From the NCBI RefSeq assembly GCF_016432865.1, contig NC_067403.1:248186001-248250000 (forward strand): a DNA stretch of 64,000 nucleotides, given 5' to 3'. Of this stretch, positions 49,800 through 60,864 are shown piece by piece. Source of the DNA: Antechinus flavipes (Eukaryota). Under the pieces are notes generated by a model. It made no database searches. It was not told the DNA's origin and was given only the letters and a program-made list of their open reading frames with translations. Position numbers and translations under genes: made by a program. Positions within the stretch are counted from its first letter, which is position 1; each line of letters begins with the position of its first letter.

Positions 49800-50756
49800 C
49801 TAAGAAGAAAGATGATCTAATTGAAGTTGCTGTCCTCGCACAACTTTTCTGAAAGCATTTTTAACATCTTTATTCCTAAGACTGTAAACTAGAGGGTTCA
49901 ACATAGGGATGACCATGGTGTAGAAAACTGACACTATTTTGTCTGAGTCCATTGAATGGTTTGAACTAGGCTGGAAATACATGAAAATGACTGTCCCATA
50001 AAACATGCTCACTGCTGTGAGATGGGAAGCACAGGTGGAGAAGGCTTTCTGGAGACCTTCTGCAGAACGAATTTTCAAGATAGTGATGAAGATTAGCAAG
50101 TAAGAAGTAAAGATGACAAGAAATTGGAAGAAGGCATTGAAAGACCCCAAAATATACATTATTAACTCAGTGATGTGGATATCAGAGCAAGACAGAAGAA
50201 GGAGAGGGGGAATATCACAGAAAAAATGAGGCACTATGTTTGACCTACAAAAGGAAAGACTAAATATATTTCCTGTGACTATGGAGGAGGTCAGAAAGCC
50301 ACAGATGTGAGCAGCAGAGACCAGAGATGTGCATAGAGTTGATGTCATGATGGTAGTATAATGTAGGGGCTTACACACAGCTGCATGGCGATCATAGGCC
50401 ATGGTGGCTAGGAGGAAACTTTCAATAACAACAAAGGCTGAAAAAAAGAACAATTGTGCTGCACATTCATTATAGGAAATAATTTTGTTCCCTGTGAGGA
50501 GCCCAACCATTACCTTGGGAGTAATAGTTGAAGAATAGCCAAAATCTACCAGAGAGAGGTTACTGAGAAAAAAATACATGGGGGTATGAAGCTGGGAATC
50601 CCAGGAGATCAGAGCTACCATCCCCAGGTTCCCCACCAAAGTGATGAGATAGATGAAGGTGAATATTATTAAGAGAGGAACCTGAAGCTCTGGGTCATCT
50701 ATTATTCCTTTAAGGATGAACTCATTCACTTCAGATCTGTTCTCCATAGATTCCAT
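49800..50756 (-). CDS. OR5B-like: Olfactory receptor OR-5 (OR5B-like), intact 318 aa
   Basis: All canonical OR motifs. EGLQKAF in place of EGRQKAF. Confidence 0.96.
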   Translation of the reverse strand: MESMENRSEVNEFILKGIIDDPELQVPLLIIFTFIYLITLVGNLGMVALISWDSQLHTPMYFFLSNLSLVDFGYSSTITPKVMVGLLTGNKIISYNECAAQLFFFSAFVVIESFLLATMAYDRHAAVCKPLHYTTIMTSTLCTSLVSAAHICGFLTSSIVTGNIFSLSFCRSNIVPHFFCDIPPLLLLSCSDIHITELIMYILGSFNAFFQFLVIFTSYLLIFITILKIRSAEGLQKAFSTCASHLTAVSMFYGTVIFMYFQPSSNHSMDSDKIVSVFYTMVIPMLNPLVYSLRNKDVKNAFRKVVRGQQLQLDHLSS

Positions 50757-53700
50757 TTAAGAGTGATGTCATTCAACCTGCAACAAAAGAATAACTTAGA
50801 AAAATCCACTCTTATGTGAGGACTAGAAACAAGGATTTAAGTGACCAATCACATCTGGGTACTTGTTATAGCAGTTATTCTAGATCCCTAAAATTAACTC
50901 ATTCATTTTCTCATAAACAGTTGCTCTGCATCTTGCTTTTTAGAATCTACCACAAATTTAACCATCTTCAAAATGTCTTTTCCTACTTCCGGAAAGGAAA
51001 GTACCTTAGTCTGTGGCAAAAATTAAGATTAGAAGAGGGATTGCTGTAGGTCAGGGTTGAAGAGCTAGATCTCTTTTTATGAATATACTTCACTTCCTTG
51101 AAGAAAGGAGGAAACAGAAATAAAAGAAAAGGGGAACAGAACCAAATAAGAGGAAAGTCAACAATTGAGAGCAGGGAGGAGAGGATCAAGGAATGCTGGC
51201 CAAGACTTCATTGGAATCCTGTTTAATCCTGGATTTATTGTAGCTTTAAGGTTTATGCAGTTGATTAAAGTCACCAGTCCTTGAGTAGGAACAGTTGTCA
51301 ATGGACACCAAGGATATAGTTATAGAAATCATCTTTCCAAAAGACCACTGATGAGTCATTTAACAATTTATGAGTTCTTATTTTGTTTCCCCTACACAAC
51401 CTGTTCCTATTTCAGTTCAGAAGGTAGCCACAAACAGTAATATTTTGTTATTTCATTCACCATATATTTTGGGGGGGAGGTCCCAGAGTGATCTCTAATT
51501 TTGGATTTTGCATCCTTCAAGTCTGAGATGAAATTTCACCTGTAGAATCCTTTCTTAATCCATTGATCTGAATATAACTGACTTCCTTCTTTTGATTATC
51601 TCTAATTTATCCTGGATATAGCTTGTTTGTAAGCTGACATACGCATATTATTTGCAGAGAGAATATGGGATTCCTCACCTCTATCAAAGCCCACTAACAG
51701 TCATATATAGATATTGATATCTAAATATCTAGATACCTATATGTATCTATCTATCTAGTGGTATAATGGAGTTTCCAAGGAATTACACCACATATTCAAA
51801 ATGAATTAGATTCTCTAATACATAAAAACAAATCTGGCTGCCAAGGTACCATTGAGATGTGACAGAGAGGATTGAGATGTGATTCTGACCAGGTTTTTCC
51901 TTTATTGGAATGAAATGGGATAAATTACAGCAATATTAATATTTTTAATCTGAGAATATATACTGATATAAAGAATCCAGGAAGGATGTAGGAAATCATG
52001 GTAGAAGCCATTTATAGTATTTTCACCATATTACTGATGAAAATCTTCAATTATCAGGCCTAGAATGTTTTCTATTATTCTGAATATTTTATTCTGTCTC
52101 TTTGCCTCTCAATGCTATTCTTTATCTCTGTTTCTCTGTCTCTATCTCTGAATATTTGTTTGTCTGTGGATCCCTCTCTCTAATTTTCCATTTTATTTTA
52201 TCTGCCTGCTTCTCCCTATGTGTCTCTTTCTATTTGTATGTATAGCTATTTATCTATCTTTCTATATACCTGACTAACTACATATTTGAGTTCTAATATT
52301 GCTTGAATTTTCATTTATTTCTTCTGTGATTCCATGGAAGGTAATTGATCCTTCTTCTCCTTTCATTCCTCATTCAAAAAACTGGAATAATATTTCTTTG
52401 GATATGGAGGGGTGGTTCATGCAATGGTTGGGAGGAAAGTGTTTTTCAAGAATCAAATGCTATAGACTTGAATGTTCCCAAAATCAGGTTATTGAGCTCA
52501 TGCGTGCCAATGGATAAGGATGGGCTCTGAAAAACAGAAATACATAGAGAAAAGAGCATGGAAATGTTCATATATTGCACAGTACTAGTATGGCAATGTA
52601 CTGTATAGAGGGTTGATCTTTGACTCAAGAATATGTAGATTTAAATAGAACTTCAGACTCTTTTAATTATATATGTCTGAACAAATCAGATAAGTCAATG
52701 ATTTTTCAGATTGCTCATCTGCAAAAAGGGGAAATATTAAAATGGCATTTATCTTAAATAGTTGTTGGGAGATTAAAATGAGAAAAACTAGTTATTAGAT
52801 TGAATGATTTCTGAAGTTCTTTCCATTTCTGAATCAATGATCCCATCACACTTTTTATCTATATTAATTTTTAAAAATATCCAATATTCTTCATAATACT
52901 ATATTGAAAGAACTTTTTTTCCTAATGTGGTTAATGTGAAATTTATAGGTAAGGATAAAGTAAATGAATAAAAATTTATCTCATAGACTATTAGAAGAGT
53001 TTTTGCAAGTGTCTACAGAGAAGTATTTTCTACTTATATACTAGAAACTATTTAAAATGCAAAAATAACTCATAATCAGAGTTTTGAATAATGTTTGTCT
53101 CATATGTGGCAGTGTACCATTTTTCTAATTTACATTACTGAATCAAATATAGATAGATTTATAGATATATACATACATAAATACATATATACAGTCTGTG
53201 ATAAATCTTTTCACTGCTATACTCAAGATTTTGTTTGGAGTTCCCATCTTTAGAGAGAGTCCTTCTTGGTTGGCAAAACTGATGGGGCAATTTGTTTTCT
53301 ACCCAGAAATAACCAGGTGCTGGTCAATAGCACTCTCTTGAAAGGTTTTTGATTAGGAGGTTGAAAACTTGGGTTTTAATTTTCCTTTGATATTTACTTA
53401 TTTTTTCTGTGATTCCATGGAGGATTAATTATATATGTCTGAACAAATCAGATAAGTCAATGATTTTTCAGATTGCTCATCTGCAAAAAGGGGAAATATT
53501 AATTTCCTGATCCTTCCACACCTCTGCCTGCTCATTGGAAATATTGCCTTATATTTCTTTTTCTTTATGGGTCACACAGTGATTGGAAGGAAAATATTTG
53601 TGAAGAATAAAATGCTATAGATTTAAGTTGCCAAGATCAAATTATTGGGTTTGCATTTGACAATGGAGGAGAGGATGCTCTGAGAAATACAAATACATAG

Positions 53701-54766
53701 GGAAAAAGGGATAGAAATGCTGCTCCTCTACCAAAAACTTGCATGACAATATGGTGTAGTAGAGAGAGCTTTGATTTTTGAGTCAAGAAGGTGTGGATTT
53801 GAATCCCATTTCAAACCCTTAATAATTGTTTATGTTTAGACAAATCCCTTAAGTCAGCTAGTTTCAGGTTATTTACTTGTAAAAGGAGGAAGAATCTCAG
53901 AGTAATGGTATTTATCTCAAATAGTTTGGAGATTACAATGAGAATATTGAAGAGCTTGCTAATATCATATAAATATGAGCTATTATTATTCAGGTAAGAA
54001 ACTCTATCTCTCCTAATTTTTTTTATTAAATCTTCCCCTAAGACTTTTAATGCAATGCTGTACACACAATATAGAATAAATAGTATTAAATTACATACTT
54101 ATTGGTCTACAGTCACCTATTCTTAAAATGGTCCCTTTGATTACTAAAGAATGAAGAGTTTGAAAAGCTAAAATAAGTACCAAATAAATGTTTGAGCCCA
54201 ATTTTCATACATGATCCCATTTGAGCCCTTAGACAAACCTATGAAATAAGTCCTAAAAGTGTTCTACAAGTGTAACTATACATATTTCATGGATAAGGAA
54301 AAAGAATTCAATAGACTTACCCCTGGAAAAAATGAGCCAGTACCTTGAGATAGAAGCAATTTTTATACAGGTCTTCCTGCCTCCATGTCCAGCAGTGTTT
54401 CCACTATTCCATTTCTATCTACATAAGCATTGCAACCTTAAATTTGGATATCCTAGAATCTGATTAGCTTAATGTAGAGAAAATTGGCCAAAACTCCAAA
54501 AAGGAGGGAGAGGCAAGATTTTTATATTTATTTTGACCTTGAAGTTCCAAGTCTAGCAAACATATGATCATATTGGAAAAAACTCTTTGCTAGACACTGG
54601 AGAGGAGGTCAAAGGTATCTAGCGGTATAGTAGCTGGTCACTTCTGGTTATTGCTATGGTATGGATGACAGAAGAGTTAATGATTTCCATTCCTATCCTA
54701 CATTAAATTCAGCCTCAGGAAACAAAAAATAAACTAGATGAAGGAGTGAATGACTCAGAAAATTTA

Positions 54767-54920
54767 ACTCACCAGCTTTAACCTCAGAACTAAGCCCTTT
54801 CATAGAATGGTTTAATGTGACTGGGACTTCATACAGCCCTGACAGCCCTTGGGAGATGGTGCTCCCTTAGAGATTCTGGTATCTCTGCTTCCTACTCCTG
54901 AACAAAACAAACAATTAAAT
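54767..54920 (-). promoter_or_regulatory. Candidate OR-5 promoter and exon 1
   Basis: TAATTG (54917-54912), CCCTTGGG (54846-54853), donor GT 54772-54771. Confidence 0.45.
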
Positions 54921-57900
54921 TCTGTTCTGACCATGAGAAAAGAATAATTTTCTCATAGATATTTTGTGATTCTTTTCTTGTTTTTAGCAAAGTGAAATAG
55001 AATGGAACCTGGGAGAGGCTAGTCCTACTTCTTCCATCTCCTAACGTGGTGACATTGGCCAAATCATCGAACAACATCAAATCTCAATTTAGTCTTCTTT
55101 GAAATGGGTATAATTGTGCAACATGGTTGTGGAGTGAAGAGGATACTGGTCCTTGAATCAGGAACACCTGAGTTCAAATATGACTTTAGATACTTGATTT
55201 TAACTTGCAGTGTGACTCTGGGCAAGTCACTTTACCTTGTTTACCTCAAAACAACAACAACAAAATAACAATAAGAAAACAAAAGCTTGTATTAGTCACA
55301 GTCCTGAATTCAAATCTGTCCATAGACACTAGCTCCAAATCATTGAACCTCTGTTTGCTTTAGTTTTACCTCAACTATACAATGAGGATAATAATAATAC
55401 CTGCTCCCAGGTTGATTGTTCAGATCAAGAATGATGGTACTTTTAAAGCATTTAGTTCTCTATTTGGTATATGAGGATGCTGTATAACTACCAATTACCA
55501 TTACCATCATCATAATCATACTCATACACTGGCTATATCCCCACAGAAGCTCTGTTGAATGCCTGACCAGTGTTACTAACCCAGTCATATGAGAATTTGT
55601 CAAACTGAAAAACAATAACATCTGTAGAGGAAGAGTTTAAATTGGAAGCTCCAGCCTTACCATTACAATGAGACGCAACATAAAATAGGTTTCCACAGTA
55701 CACTTCTAATAATCCAAGATGGTTTCAAGAAGGTTTTTAATGAGAATGATCTGTGAACCCCCTTTCCAAATCTTCTGACTATTTGCTTTCAACAACACAA
55801 AGTTGCATATCATCTTTGTAACATAATATCATTAGATTTCTCAGCTGATTATTTATATAGTAACAGAAGGAAATAAGGGAACTATTCTGGGATGATAGAA
55901 TGAAAAGGAAGAAAGATACTTGTGTGTGGCCATCCATTGAGAATCAATCTGCATTCAAATGTAGAACCTTTGTGATATTGTGGAAATGATTTGAAATGTT
56001 GAAGAATTGAAAGAATCCCTCAAACTTATCAGAAATAGTCCAAGAGTGAAATGTAAAATTTGCACACAACCCCAAATGATTGTGTCCATGATCTTGAAAG
56101 TTTCAAATTGCTGCAGAAACCAGCCTAAAATTGTTCAGATATGTGCACGCTTGCTTTCACAGAAGGGAAAAGGCGCATGAAACATAATTGAGTAATTATT
56201 AGTTTGTGGCATCAAGAAAATTTGGTTGGCTCTAACTCTGTGAACTATCATTCCAAACCTCTAAAGAGTTTGTGTACCATTAAAAGGAAATTTGCATTAA
56301 AGTACTGTACCTCTAGCCTGTGGAACTATTCTGGTTCCTATTCCAACCTTTCACAAAGTAAGTTCTTGCGAGGTATTTGTTGAAATTCACGGACAAAAAA
56401 GGGAAACAAAGCTCAACCCTGATCCAAATATCCTGTGTAACATAGTAATGATGTGCACAAAATAAAAATTCTTCAACATATTGACGTTCTGCCCTGACAA
56501 TAATGACCGTGATTTTCTTGATAAAAATTTATTGTGTTAATTGAAGGGAATTATGTGGTTTACCTTTTATGCTTTATTGTCAACCATAAAATGTTGAAAT
56601 GAATAAATGAACGGGGGAAAACATTTATTCAGTGCCTATTTATGTACAAAGTACTGTTCCCAGTGCTGAAAATATACACTGAGAAGTAAAACAACCCTTG
56701 CTCTCAGAGATCATTAATCTAATCATACATTATAACTCATTTCAGATGCAAATGTTACATAAAGACTATGGTTCATTAACTTAGAAAATAGAAACACATA
56801 CCATTTCTGTTGATATTATAATCCATTTGTAGTGTTGTTGATAAAAAAAAAATTATAGTAGTGTTCAATGGTTGACCATTGACACTGCTAGTATCTTTGG
56901 TGGCAAAAGTGTTTTCCTCATAAGTGTCTTGTTAGTATTGGCTGCAGGGAGAGCAGGAGAATGTAGACATTGAAAAAACAGCAGATTTTATCTTTATAAA
57001 AGATCATATTGTAAATTGTAAATTATCATATTGTAAAATGTAAAACATGTATCTCCTCCATTCAATCAACACAATAGATTTTACCAGAATCATATCTTCT
57101 AGATTTCAAGTCACACAATCCATTCTCTGTACTCTCTATTTACTTTTCCTTTTATGTTACTTCCTCCTTCATTTAAAAGATAAATTAAAATAAAATTCCT
57201 TACATAGTACCAGAGTCTACTCATGATCAAGTCTGGAATTTTTCCCCAGACATCTTCATTCAGATAATTTGTTGTCCTTTATGAGGTCTTTCTCAGAAGA
57301 ATGATTAAATGATGCAGAAGTTTTTCCAGAGCTTTGTCTGCAATGATACTCAACTAAAGAAGAAAAAGACCCTTTCTGAATTGAGGACAACCACGGAAAG
57401 TTCAAAGGACTTTTATAGGGAGTCATATTCTATTATGCATGTAGGTGGAACTCACAGTTGATGATGGAGATCTGAGGAACCTCTTTTTCTATTCCCAGTC
57501 TTATTAGAGACTCAATCTGTGTTTTAGAAAATCTCAACAATGGAAACTGATGATGATGCCAGTTTATACGCAAGGTTTTTGATAGACTTGGGTTATAGTG
57601 GAAAGAAACCTGAAGTGAGTGTAGAAGGCCTAGGGTTTAGTCAGAACTGAGCCATGGATAAATTGGATGACTTAGAGAAAGCTACTCAGCTCTTTTGGTG
57701 GAATTGGCTTATAGTTCCATGTAGGAACATATTCAGACTTCCTTCAATTTGTTAAGGGGAGCCAAATTATTCCATTCTGAACTCCTAATATCATGCATCC
57801 TTATCTGTATCTTTACCACTTTGAGCTGGGCTGGAAGCACATAGAAGTTTGTTCAATAAAATATAATCATTGCTGTGAGATGGGAAACACAAGTAGAGAA

Positions 57901-58591
57901 AGATTTCTGGTGACCTTCAGGATTTTCAGGATAGTGATAAAGATTAACAAGTAAGAAATAAAGATGACAAGAAATGTAAAGAAAAAGATGATGAGTGACC
58001 CTAAAATAAAGACTACTGTAAATTTTAGAATGAGAGCTCAAAGAGAAAGGGACCATCACAGAAAAAGTGATGGATCACATTAGCCTTACAAAATAAAAGG
58101 TTAAATGTTTTCTTTTACTGTGGAGGTTATCAGAGAGGCCCAGATATGAGCACAACTAGCTAGAAATATATACATTGTCATGGTATGGTTGTAACATAGA
58201 ACCTTACACATAGCCACATGGTGATCACAAGCCATGGAGAAACTTCCTTCCATAGAAGAAACTTTCAGTGGTAGCAGAGACCTCCTAAAAGAACAGCTGT
58301 GCTACCTATTCATTTTAGGAAATGACCTTGTCCCCTGGGAGGAGCAAAGCCATCACTCTGAGAGTAACATTTGAGGAGTATGCAAAATCCACCAAAAAAG
58401 TGGTTATTGAGGGGAAAATGTGGGTTGTAGAAGCAGGAATCCCATGAGATCATAGTTACTACTCTCCCAGGTTCCCTACCAGAGTGATGAGGTAGAGGTC
58501 AATGACCATTATAAAAAGAGGAATCTGAAACTCTAGACCTTCTGTTTAGCCCAATGAGGATGAACTCACTACAGATCTGTTGTCCATATAT

Positions 58592-60369
58592 TGTAATAAT
58601 GCCAGAGAAACTGAGACAAGAGAGAGATTAGGTTTTTAAAAATTTATTATTAAAGCTTTTAATGTACAGAACAGATGCATGGGTAACTTTTCAACATTGA
58701 CCCTTGCAAAACCTTCAATTCCAATTTTTCCTCTCCTTTCCCCATCCCATTCCCTTAATGGTAAGTAGCCTAATACATGTTAAATATGTTAAAGTATATG
58801 TTAAATCTAATATATGTATACACATTTATACAGTTATCTTGCTGTGCAAGAAAAATCTGATCTAGAAAGAAAGTAAAAAAAAAAAACTGAGAAGGAAAAC
58901 AAAAATGCAAGCAAACAATAACAGAGAGGGTGGAAATGCTATGTTGTGTTCCAGACTCAGTTCCCAGTGTTCATTCTCTGGGTGTAGCTGACTCTCTTCA
59001 TTACTGAACAGTTGGAATTGGTTTGAATCATCTTATCGCTAAAGAGAGCCACATGCATCAGAATTGATCATTGTATAATCTTGTTATTGACATGTATAAA
59101 GATCTACTGGTTCTGCTCATTTCATTTAGCATCAGTTCATGTAAGTCTTTCCAAGACTCTCTGAAATCATCCTGTTGGTCATTTCTTACAGAACAATAAT
59201 ATTCCGTAACATTAATGGACCACAATTTATTCAGCCATTCTCCAATTGCTGGGCATCCATTCAATTTCCAATTTCTAGCCATTACAAAAAGGGTTGCACA
59301 AACATTTTTTGCACATGTGGGTCCTTTTCCCTTCTTTAAGATCTCTTTGGAATATAAGCCCAATAGTAAAACTGCTGGGTCAAAGGGTATACACAGTTTC
59401 ATAACTTTTTGAGTATAGTTCCAAATTGTTCTCCAGAATGGTTTGATTCATTCACAATGTATCAGTGTCCCAGTTTTCCCACATCCCCGCCAACATTTAT
59501 CATCATCTTAGCCAATCTGAGAGGTGTGTAGTGGTATTTCAGAGTTGTTTTAATTTGCATTTCTTTGATCAATAATAATTTGAAGCACCTTTTCATAACT
59601 AGAAATAGTCTCAATTTCTTCATCTGAAAATTGTCTCTTTGTGTCCTTTGACCATTTATCTATTGGAGAATGGGCTTGATTTCTTATAAATTTGAGTCAA
59701 TTCTCTATATATTTGGACATGAGGTCCTTATCAGAATCTTTGACTATAAAATTTTTCCCAATTTATTGCTTCTCTTTTAATCTTGTCTGCATTAGTTTTG
59801 TTTGTACAAAAACCGTTTAACTTAATATAATCAAAATTATCTATTTTGTGATCAATAATGATCTCTAGTTCTTCTTTACTCACAAATTGCTTCCTCTTCC
59901 ACAGGTCTGAGAGGAAAATTATCCTATGTTCTTTTAATTTGTTTATAGAGATTAGGTTTTAAATATATTAATAGTGGAGAATTTGAGCTGGTAAAAACTA
60001 GTTGAGTGAATGAGAGTCTTGTTTCAAAGCACCCAGCAGTGAGTAATTAATTCCAGAGACTTTTATAGGGTTCTAGCTATCAGAGAAACAAAGGCAGGAG
60101 GGGGCAGAACACTGGGTAAATCATAATTTAAGGAAGGACCATCACTTTAATCCTGACAGGATGGAGGTCAGGATAAGAAAATTGGGTGTAGGAGTGAATG
60201 AGTCTTAGGCAAGAGATACTCAGGCATTTAAGATAAACCATCTGGAGTTTGTGACTCACTGGAATGTGAGAGTGACCAGAGCTTAATGGGGTAAAGAAAA
60301 GTGGGGGTGGTGGCCATAATATTTTATTCAGGGTGCATCATAATAATTCAGGGAAACTGAGGTATTGCA
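58592..60369 (-). mobile_element. Solo LTR (~455 bp net) inserted in codons 2-3 of the OR pseudogene
   Basis: TGTAATA...TATTGCA inverted termini; TSD ATATAT (58586-58591) / AGATAT (60370-60375); minus-strand TATAAAA near 60061-60067. Confidence 0.8.
58641..59946 (-). mobile_element. Truncated L1 nested in the solo LTR
   Basis: ORF 59058-59402 (FDPAVLLLGLY...WKLNGCP..GEWLNKLW) is L1 ORF2p. TSD AGAGATTAGGTTTT(T)AAA at 58623-58640 and 59947-59963. Confidence 0.92.
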
Positions 60370-60864
60370 AGATATCATTCAAGAGTAATGTCATTCACCT
60401 ATAACAAAAGAATAACTATCAGAAAAAGCCACTCTGCATGAAAAATGACACCAAGACAAAACACAGTCAGAGACTTGTCTTATGTTAGGTACAGAAATAA
60501 GAAACTGAGGGGCCAAAAACATGAAAGTAGTTTTCAGTTGTGTTGTAGTCACTCTAGGTCACAGAAATTCCTTGTTTCAATTTCTCATAGAGAGAAAGAA
60601 TCCCTGAAGTATTAAAATGAATACTAAACTAATGAATAATAAAATTCATTTTAATATATATATGTATATATGTATATATACATACACACACATAAATACA
60701 TGATTGGAGATGCAAAAAAGAATCTTTAAACATAAGAAAACTGAGACTGAAATTTGCCTAGGGCTATATGATATGTAAGTGTCTAAATATAAACAAACTC
60801 CAACTCTAAATCTATGACAATTTCTACTAGTAATTTTGACTTTGAAAAAGTTTGGATTCTACTT

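Larger units (their letters stand above)
8841..55553. repeat. Four-unit tandem segmental duplication (8841-21140, 21141-32815, 32816-44375, 44376-55553)
   Basis: Colinear order ERV-L1-HSF1 pseudogene-OR-spacer in each unit. Identical junction CCCCACAGAAGCTCT|TT(C/T)C at 21141, 32816 and 44376. Confidence 0.9.
57810..60378 (-). pseudogene. Decayed olfactory receptor pseudogene (OR5B-like), split by LTR/L1, TM7 not found
   Basis: Minus strand from 58587: [64 protein letters not shown], with many stops and frameshifts. First codons (MIS) and acceptor are displaced to 60378-60400. Confidence 0.9.

Noticed and set aside
8841-55553. Array as an assembly false duplication
   Set aside because: Units differ by many substitutions and by copy-specific insertions with proper TSDs.
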